A DNA stretch of 64,000 nt from Phycisphaeraceae bacterium (GTDB lineage: Bacteria; Planctomycetota; Phycisphaerae; Phycisphaerales; Phycisphaeraceae): NCBI GenBank assembly GCA_020848195.1, contig JADLAP010000081.1:8822-72821 (forward strand). The letters are read 5' to 3'. A model generated the notes under the pieces. The model was given only the letters and a program-made list of their open reading frames with translations. It had not been told where the DNA came from and did no database searches. Made by a program: the position numbers and the translations under genes. Shown here piece after piece: positions 18,282 through 24,729 of this stretch. The stretch's first letter is position 1. Every line of letters begins with the position of its first letter.

Positions 18282-19391
18282 TTAGCCGGCGTTGACAGGT
18301 GAGGGACCGAGGGACCCGCCGTCCCGGAAGTCCGCGTCGAACAGAATCGAAATGGGAACTGCGTTGGGATCGGCCCGGCGACGCTGGATGATCTCCGGCA
18401 CCGCAAGACCGAGTTTTTCCATGGGAATCACCACCGACGCCAGCGTCGGCGTGCTGCTCAGCCCCTGCGGAAACGCGCCATAGCCCACCACGCTGATCTC
18501 GCCCGGCACGTCGATGCCCCGCTCGCGCAACTGCTCAAGCACCTCCAGCCCCATGTTGTCCGATCCCACCACGATGGCGGTCGGACGCGGCTTGAGGACC
18601 AGGATGCGGTCTAGGCCGCGACGCACGGCGTCGCCGAGGCTGTCCCGTTCCCAGTCGCGCATCTCCACCACGACGGGCATCGGTTCGAGGTCCGGCTGGC
18701 AGGTCGCCAGGTTCGCCCACGCGCCGTGCCGCGGGCCGTTGCGGGTGCCCACGCGGTACTCGTTGCTTTGCGGGCCGTTGCCCGCCTGGTATTGCTTATG
18801 CAGCGGCGAGTTGATGTCGACCAGGCTGAACCACGCGATGCGGCTGTGGTTCAGCGCCGCCAGACGGTCGAAGACCATCGCCGCCGTGCGGTGTTCGTTG
18901 ACCCCGATGCTGTCGACGCCCTGCTGGAAGTCGTTGCCTCCGCAGAACACCAGAGGCACGGCCCGGCTCAGCTCGATCAGCCAGGGGCGGGGCAGGTTCT
19001 GACGCAGCACCAGTCCGTGCGGCCGAAACTCCTCGCACAACGCGCGAACTTCATCAAACGTCTGGACCTCTTCAATCTTGAGCTTTCCCCCCACCTCATC
19101 CATGCGATCTTCCAAACCTCGGAAGAACATCTTGCTCAGATAGCTCTTGATCGCTTCCTCGTGCATGGCGATCAGCGGCAACAGCACGCGGAGGCAATGA
19201 TCGGCACTGCCTCGACGCACGGCCGGGGGCATGACCATCGCGGATGTGGCGCGATAGCCCAGCTTCGTCGCCACCTGCCTCACGCGAGCCTGGGTTTCCA
19301 CCGAAACGCGACCAACGCCGCGAAGCGCGCGGGAAGCGGTCATCTGACTCACCCCCGCCCGACGAGCGATATCCTGAAGGGTCGGCGACAT
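18282..19391 (-). CDS. LacI-family transcriptional regulator
   Basis: Track ORF 18282..19427 trimmed to the ATG at 19391. N-terminal [28 protein letters not shown] followed by a periplasmic-binding-protein-like sugar-binding fold. The stop lies 11 nt before the next DUF1559 start. Confidence 0.85.
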   Translation of the reverse strand: MSPTLQDIARRAGVSQMTASRALRGVGRVSVETQARVRQVATKLGYRATSAMVMPPAVRRGSADHCLRVLLPLIAMHEEAIKSYLSKMFFRGLEDRMDEVGGKLKIEEVQTFDEVRALCEEFRPHGLVLRQNLPRPWLIELSRAVPLVFCGGNDFQQGVDSIGVNEHRTAAMVFDRLAALNHSRIAWFSLVDINSPLHKQYQAGNGPQSNEYRVGTRNGPRHGAWANLATCQPDLEPMPVVVEMRDWERDSLGDAVRRGLDRILVLKPRPTAIVVGSDNMGLEVLEQLRERGIDVPGEISVVGYGAFPQGLSSTPTLASVVIPMEKLGLAVPEIIQRRRADPNAVPISILFDADFRDGGSLGPSPVNAG

Positions 19392-19398
19392 AAGTGTT

Positions 19399-19427
19399 AA
19401 TCTATCACAGCCGCGCGCCCCGGTCAA
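19399..19427 (-). promoter_or_regulatory. sigma70-like promoter, apparently giving a leaderless LacI mRNA
   Basis: Minus strand reads TTGACC (19427-19422), 17 nt, TAGATT (19404-19399), AACACTT, then ATG (19391). Confidence 0.45.
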
Positions 19428-19566
19428 TCCCTTTTTCGACCTTCACGTGAACAATAGCACAACATATTGGCTAATTGTGGTTTATAGATCATCACCATTC
19501 CCCCGGGTCTTCCATCTCGCCGCGCACGAGCGTTATCGTGGCGATCCCCCGCAAGCCCCCCTATCC

Positions 19567-19603
19567 CCGCCGCTTGCGGCGTCGCGGAAACACTCTCCTC
19601 ACC
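19567..19603 (+). repeat. REP-C copy
   Basis: CCGCCGCTTGCGGCGTCGCGGAAACACTCTCCTCACC; 36/37 identical to 22516-22552 and in the same orientation. Confidence 0.7.
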
Positions 19604-19608
19604 AGTCT

Positions 19609-19655
19609 GGACTTCCCCACGATGGATAGGCGCGATTGCCCTTCGTGGGGAAGTC
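19609..19655 (-). terminator. hairpin downstream of the GH116 gene
   Basis: Perfect 14-nt arms GGACTTCCCCACGA (19609-19622) / TCGTGGGGAAGTCC (19642-19655), starting 12 nt after the stop at 19667. No clear U tract. Confidence 0.4.
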
Positions 19656-19666
19656 CAAACGGAAGG

Positions 19667-22237
19667 TCAATTGATCGTCAGCATCACTTCCACCTGTTGC
19701 CCGGTCTGGAGGCAAGTCTCCGTCGCCAGGGTAATCGTGACGTGGTTGGTGGTGTTCACATGAGAGGAGTCGATTGCCTGGCCGTTCACGGTGACGGTGG
19801 CGTTGCGTGATTGCACGTCTGCCGGCAAGACAAATGTCAGCGTGCGCAGACGTAGCTGGCCCCAACGCACAGCGATGGTTTCCCGCTGCGTGTGGTCGTC
19901 GCGTTGTTGCGTGAAGAGGCCCCAGCCCTCCCCGGCTGTGAAGAACGAAACATGGTCTTGAGGTCTCCAGATCGGAGCAAAACCGATCCGGCTTGCGGGA
20001 CCATCGTACTCAAATCCCTGGCATGCCAGCAGCACGCTCCAGATGGACATTGCCCTGGCGTAGAACTTGCCGCACTCATCGTCGCCGAAGGGGTTGCCGC
20101 TGTATCCCCAGGCGTCCCAGGACCGCGGGGGCTGTTCGCAGCCGGTCAAGCCGGTTCGCAGCCGGCCGTCGTAGCGGTTCGCCGCGGCGTACAGGACCGT
20201 GAAGGCTTCATCAAGCAAACCGGTCTGGATCATCAGGGCGGCGGCGGCGTATTCGAAGCCGCTCATGACCTCATCGGCGTAACCTATTTCATTGATTTGA
20301 TGCGAACCTGGGCGTCCCCCCCTGGGCCAGGCGCATTGCACGAGGCCCGCGTCCGCATCGTCCACGAACTTGCGCGGCAACTGCGGAATATCGCGGAAAT
20401 TCGGGCGGAAATTGTAGCCGAACAGGGATCGCATCGCGGTAAGGACGTGTTCTTTCGGATACAGCCAGCCGCCCCCCAACTGTCGCACCCACCATTGACC
20501 GAGAAGCTGGTCAATGTAGCAACCGGTCAAGTAGTCCTGCAGCGGCGGCGTGTCTGGAATCTGGATGAAGTATTCACCGTTGAATAGCTGCTGATCCTGG
20601 TTCCTGCCGCCATTTTCGCGTATCTGTCGATAGAAATCGGCCGAGGCTGTGTCTCTCTGACATCTGGCCATCTGTTCCGCGACAGCCAGTGCCGCGAGAT
20701 ACATGCTTCCCATCCACGAGGACGTGCCGCTCTGATCGCCGTCCATGCCATGCTGAGGCCCGGTGAGCATGCCGTCCGGGATGCCCGCCTGCAGACAGGC
20801 TTCGTCCGTCGTTGTTCCCGCGACATTCCAGCGGATAATCAGATAGTCCATGGCCCGCTTGATCGTCGGCCAATGTCGAGCCAGCCACGTGTTGTCCCGG
20901 CACAGAAGATGTTCGCGGAAGCAACTGAGGACAAAGCTGCATTGTCCGTCAAAAGCCGGATATTTGAAGGTGAAACGCACCGGCAACATGCCGTCGGGAC
21001 GGACGTTTTGAATATCTTCTTCGCGCATCGTCCGGCCAAGGGCTGGAAACAGCCGGGCGTGGGCTTGTGCATATCCCCAAACATGGGTGGCATTGCCCGT
21101 GCAGCAGCCTTCGGCGGGATGACATCCCTCCCAGGCGTAAAAGAAACCCCTGGCGTCCCAGTTGCACGTCATGCTCCGGAGGATGGCCACCTGTGAGCTG
21201 ATTCGATCGAGCAGCCAGTGTGGCAGGTTCGACGCATAGAAAGTCTGGTTGTAGAGCTGCGTCTGACTGGTCAGTTCCCGCTGACGACTGATGACGTCGC
21301 TGGCCACGCTCAAGGCGTCGGGCCACCAGTTCGCATACTGGTTTCCCTGATGGCCCTCCACGGGCGAAGTGTTGGGAAAGTGCCACGCGAGGATGAACGT
21401 GACGGTCTGTGTCTGGCCGGGTTCCAGCATGAATTGCACCGACAGCGCGCCGTCGTGGGTTGTCCCGGACGGCGCGGGGTTCGTCTGGTCAAGAACGGGA
21501 ATCCGGCCCGTGGCAGCAAACGTTTCGTAAAGCGATGACAGGTCGCTCCATGCCGCGCAGCCCTGGGCGTCCTGGGCGGTTGTGGCCAAAACCATGTCGC
21601 CATAATTCGCACTGTCCTTCGGCAACGTGGTCGTCATATGCAGCATGGTGGCCTTGCCGTTGCGGATCACACGATTGGCGTTGCCCTGGTAGGCAGCGCA
21701 GCGGCGACCCTCGATGCGTTCCTCGCCAGTGCGTATGCCGATCGCATTCTGCTGCGTCGCCAGAAAGCCGACCTCGATGCGGCTGTTGCTTTCATTGCTC
21801 GCGGTCACATTGAAAATCGCGCCGGGAATCGCGGAATCTTTCTCGTTCAGCGGCACCAAGGGACTGAACGCTTCCAGCTCCAGCCGCACGGGCAGTTCAG
21901 GATCGTCAAAGGCGTACCATCCGAAGGGATACTCGCCCGAGAATCGCAGAGCCTTCATGTGGGAGAATGGACCTTCGGCAACGGTCTGCATCGCGCGGAT
22001 CACCGGTGACGCCGATGACGCCTTGCATCGCACCGCGAAGAAGCTGTTCGGCAACGATATGGCCCGATAGTTCTGAAATATCTGCCACTTATGGCGCCTG
22101 GCCTGCCCGTTGATCTGGATGGGGCCGGCGGCGATCCCGCCAAGGGGAAGGCTGATCGCCGAAAGGTTGTCTTCCCGGTACACGCGGCGACGGCCGCGAT
22201 CGAATAGCTGAGCCTGGTCAAAGAGGTCGGGTTTCAT
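19667..22237 (-). CDS. GH116-family glycoside hydrolase (GBA2-type beta-glucosidase / glucosylceramidase-like)
   Basis: Track ORF. N-terminal LPLGGIAAGPIQINGQARRHKWQIFQNY and catalytic-region FYAWEGCHPAEGCCTGNATHVWGYAQAHARLFPALGRTMR match the conserved GH116 N-terminal and DUF608 signatures as I remember them. Confidence 0.85.
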   Translation of the reverse strand: MKPDLFDQAQLFDRGRRRVYREDNLSAISLPLGGIAAGPIQINGQARRHKWQIFQNYRAISLPNSFFAVRCKASSASPVIRAMQTVAEGPFSHMKALRFSGEYPFGWYAFDDPELPVRLELEAFSPLVPLNEKDSAIPGAIFNVTASNESNSRIEVGFLATQQNAIGIRTGEERIEGRRCAAYQGNANRVIRNGKATMLHMTTTLPKDSANYGDMVLATTAQDAQGCAAWSDLSSLYETFAATGRIPVLDQTNPAPSGTTHDGALSVQFMLEPGQTQTVTFILAWHFPNTSPVEGHQGNQYANWWPDALSVASDVISRQRELTSQTQLYNQTFYASNLPHWLLDRISSQVAILRSMTCNWDARGFFYAWEGCHPAEGCCTGNATHVWGYAQAHARLFPALGRTMREEDIQNVRPDGMLPVRFTFKYPAFDGQCSFVLSCFREHLLCRDNTWLARHWPTIKRAMDYLIIRWNVAGTTTDEACLQAGIPDGMLTGPQHGMDGDQSGTSSWMGSMYLAALAVAEQMARCQRDTASADFYRQIRENGGRNQDQQLFNGEYFIQIPDTPPLQDYLTGCYIDQLLGQWWVRQLGGGWLYPKEHVLTAMRSLFGYNFRPNFRDIPQLPRKFVDDADAGLVQCAWPRGGRPGSHQINEIGYADEVMSGFEYAAAALMIQTGLLDEAFTVLYAAANRYDGRLRTGLTGCEQPPRSWDAWGYSGNPFGDDECGKFYARAMSIWSVLLACQGFEYDGPASRIGFAPIWRPQDHVSFFTAGEGWGLFTQQRDDHTQRETIAVRWGQLRLRTLTFVLPADVQSRNATVTVNGQAIDSSHVNTTNHVTITLATETCLQTGQQVEVMLTIN

Positions 22238-22515
22238 GATTGAAGCAATTCAAGGAGGAAGGAAAAAAGAGAAAGGGACACAGGGGAAGTCCAGGGAAGT
22301 CCACCAAGGCACTGCCCATGCGCGGGGCGCAAAACCGGGAAAAAGAACGTGAATTCTATCGCATGGTCCATTTCCCGACGCACGCCGTGCAAGGTCATGC
22401 GTGTCGGCATGACGAACTGCGATCCACATGTATATACAGGTTATATAGGTAAACCCGCCCTGTCAATGCCGATGCGCCACGATGCGGAGCAACGACATAC
22501 GGATTCAACAGCGAG

Positions 22516-22552
22516 CCGCCGCTTGCGGCGTCGCGGAAACACTCCCCTCACC
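22516..22552 (+). repeat. REP-C copy
   Basis: CCGCCGCTTGCGGCGTCGCGGAAACACTCCCCTCACC, preceded by GCGAG, giving the CGAGCCGC core shared with the other REP families. Confidence 0.7.
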
Positions 22553-22769
22553 GGCCCCCGGTCCCCGGCTCCATGCCGATTGTCGTGATTCAGCCATTGT
22601 GTTACACCGTGCGCACCCAGCGTTCACCGGCTGCAAAGCCGTCCACACGCCGTCCGGGAGTCCTGTCCATGAACCGAAATCGAAATCACCGCCGCCGCGT
22701 TGAAACGACATGTCTTCAGTCGTTCATGGATGAAGGTGCAATGGCCATGGGGCCGGCGGAGGCGCGGAT

Positions 22770-23378
22770 ATGAATTTGCCGCCGTCCGATTCCGCGAGCC
22801 GCGACGTGTCGTCGCGGTCTTCGACTCCCGCCCCTTCCGCGGACGCGCCGGCACTGCTGCCCGGTCGGACCATCTGGCACATCACCTTCGGAACCTACGG
22901 TCGGCGGCTGCACGGAGCCAACGAACCGACCGTGGATCGTCAGCACAATCAGACGGGCGCCGCGTTTCTGCCGGTCGATCCGATCCGGCACGAGCGGGAA
23001 GAAAAGTCCATGCGCGGCTCGGCAGTGCGTTTGTCGGCATCGCAACGCGCGGTCATCGAAGCCTTGATGCCGGCGATTTGCCAACGTGGCCAATGGGACT
23101 ACCTGGTATGCGCAGCACCCGGACCGCCGGACGACGATCACGTTCACAGCCTTCTTGGCGCTGATCCGTCGGTGCATGGCAAGCGAATCCGGGAATGGCT
23201 CAAGCGCTGGCTGACCGAGGAACTGGACCAGCGCTGGGGGCGGCCGGAAGGTGGGAGCTGGTGGGCGGTGGGCGGATCGACCCGGGCGATCAAGGATGCG
23301 TGCTATCTGCGAAATGCGTATCTGTACATTGGCAGGCAGCGCACGACGCCATGGGTGAATCGGCTGCCGGGAGTGTGA
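22770..23378 (+). CDS. REP-associated tyrosine transposase (RAYT) / IS200-IS605 TnpA-like Y1 transposase
   Basis: Track ORF. WHITFGTYGRRLHG, HUH motif DDDHVHSLL, C-terminal GGSTRAIKDACYLRNAYLYIGRQ (Tyr motif). The left flanking repeat lies inside the first 18 codons, so the true start is uncertain. Confidence 0.7.
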   Translation: MNLPPSDSASRDVSSRSSTPAPSADAPALLPGRTIWHITFGTYGRRLHGANEPTVDRQHNQTGAAFLPVDPIRHEREEKSMRGSAVRLSASQRAVIEALMPAICQRGQWDYLVCAAPGPPDDDHVHSLLGADPSVHGKRIREWLKRWLTEELDQRWGRPEGGSWWAVGGSTRAIKDACYLRNAYLYIGRQRTTPWVNRLPGV

Positions 23379-23413
23379 TACGAAGACCGCGACGACACGT
23401 CGCGGCTCGCGGA
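22791..23413 (+). mobile_element. RAYT unit bounded by perfect 33-nt inverted repeats
   Basis: TCCGCGAGCCGCGACGTGTCGTCGCGGTCTTCG (22791-22823) and its exact reverse complement (23381-23413). Each contains the hairpin CCGCGACG-TGT-CGTCGCGG. Confidence 0.7.
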
Positions 23414-23431
23414 GTACGCCGATGCCGGCCC

Positions 23432-23535
23432 CTATCCGAACTGCGCAGCCTGGCTGTGTCAGTGGCTGTCGGGAATAAGGATGACCGTCTGTTCGGCGCT
23501 GAGGACGAGGTGGTGGTGCAGGGCGAGGCAGGCGG
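23432..23535. repeat. left copy of ~104-nt direct repeat (decayed duplicate of the PQQ/TPR gene 3' end)
   Basis: Hand alignment with 24624-24729 gives about 90 percent identity. On the minus strand it encodes ...HHHLVLSAEQTVILIPDSH*, with the stop at 23459-23461. Confidence 0.75.
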
Positions 23536-23555
23536 AATATGTGAATATGTACTTC

Positions 23556-23585
23556 TACCCTTTTCTCCGCTACCCTTTTCTCCGC
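23556..23585. repeat. 15-nt tandem duplication at the island boundary
   Basis: TACCCTTTTCTCCGC x2 (23556-23570, 23571-23585), preceded by AATATGTGAATATGT. Lies immediately 3' of the orphan gene stop. Confidence 0.6.
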
Positions 23586-23590
23586 CCATA

Positions 23591-24493
23591 TCATCGTAGC
23601 GACCGGGTGATTACTTCCATTTCCTCTTGTGGTATCGCGGACAAACCAAGTAGTTTGTGTAAGCGATTCCCACTTATTGCCAGTTTCAGATGCTGTGGGC
23701 AAATGATGTTTATCCCCCCCATGACTATCGTGTGGTGGCTTTCGTTTGGACCCTGCATAATCAGAAGGTTGAGATTGCATAACTCATGAATTGACTGAAG
23801 AGTGGATATGGTTGCATAACAAACTTGTGCGTCCGCTCCATAGGCGGTTCCACGGAGATTTTGCGCGCTCGAACTCGCTGAGAACAAATGAAGAAGGATA
23901 AATTGGGTGTATGTCAAAGAATCCGCAACATGTATGAGATGGTTGGCCTCAGCTTTTGTACAAGTTATGTCGAAGGCGACATTGGAGAATAAATAGCCAA
24001 GATAAAGGGCCTTTTTCTCCTCGTGTGTGTTCTTTGCGGCTAGCAGCGTACCCTCGAATATCTCCTCTGCTGAGCTAGGCTGCCTGCAACGAGTCTCAAA
24101 GAAATTGTCGCTTCGAAGCTTTTCGCCGTTCTTCAATCTTTCTTGAATCGATGAAATCGCGATGGAAGCGGTTGCTCCTACTCTTGCCGTTTCTCGGCTA
24201 GAAAGGAAACGCGTAGCGACATCACGCAGAACCCGAGTGACCCCGACACCAACCACTCCCGCGCCAGCTGCTACCGCCGGACCGCCGGCGATAAAGCCCA
24301 GCGCACCGCCGACAGCCGCGCCAGCGATATCGGAACCGGCTGAAATCAGGGACTCCATCTTGTTGTTGTTTTCGCCCATAAGGTCCAGCGCCTTCCGCTC
24401 AGTAGCGAGCCGCGTACGGGGGCAGAACTCACAAGACTTGATTCTACTCTTAACGTACGCGCCACTCATCCACTGCCATGGTTGGTTAGCCAA
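23591..24493 (-). CDS. orphan low-GC protein with glycine-zipper-like membrane segment (function unknown)
   Basis: Track ORF (alternative ATGs at 24379 and 24358). G+C visibly lower than the flanks. SDIAGAAVGGALGFIAGGPAVAAGAGVVGVGV followed by ~200 aa with no motif I recognise. AT-rich upstream region. Confidence 0.6.
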   Translation of the reverse strand: MANQPWQWMSGAYVKSRIKSCEFCPRTRLATERKALDLMGENNNKMESLISAGSDIAGAAVGGALGFIAGGPAVAAGAGVVGVGVTRVLRDVATRFLSSRETARVGATASIAISSIQERLKNGEKLRSDNFFETRCRQPSSAEEIFEGTLLAAKNTHEEKKALYLGYLFSNVAFDITCTKAEANHLIHVADSLTYTQFILLHLFSASSSAQNLRGTAYGADAQVCYATISTLQSIHELCNLNLLIMQGPNESHHTIVMGGINIICPQHLKLAISGNRLHKLLGLSAIPQEEMEVITRSLR

Positions 24494-24623
24494 TTATTTT
24501 GGGTCGAAGAGATTCTTCGTTGCTTGGCCAAGCGCCTTTTCTATCTTTACATGCTCAACTTGGGAATGCAAAAGGGGATGAGTACATATATTCTTCTTAT
24601 CGTTCGGCGGATGGAATCAGCTT

Positions 24624-24729
24624 TCTATCCGGCCTGCGCAGCTTGGCTGCGGTCACTGGCTGTCGGGAATAAGGATGACCGTCTGTTCGGCGGACAAGAC
24701 GAGGTGGTGGTGGAGGGCGAGGCAGGCGG
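24624..24729. repeat. right copy of ~104-nt direct repeat (functional 3' end of the PQQ/TPR gene)
   Basis: Contains the stop at 24653-24655 and the coding sequence for ...HHHLVLSAEQTVILIPDSQ*. Confidence 0.75.

Noticed and set aside
22240-22253. TTGAAGCAATTCAA palindrome at the GH116 start, and TTGAAAT-N18-ATTTCAA at 45679-45710, as LacI operators
   Set aside because: The half-sites are short (5-7 nt). The first lacks the central CG typical of LacI-family operators, and the second has an implausible 18-nt spacer. Chance occurrence cannot be excluded without comparative data.
22440-22466. TTGACA-N15-TATAAC on the minus strand as the GH116 promoter
   Set aside because: The -35 hexamer is perfect, but the 15-nt spacing is suboptimal and it would give a ~200-nt leader. 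I kept it out of the feature list for lack of support.
22716-23780. 354-codon minus-strand ORF across the RAYT locus
   Set aside because: It is antisense to the RAYT gene, which has HUH and Tyr motifs. It reads through both 33-nt inverted repeats and the duplicated gene end. Pro/Arg-rich with no motifs.
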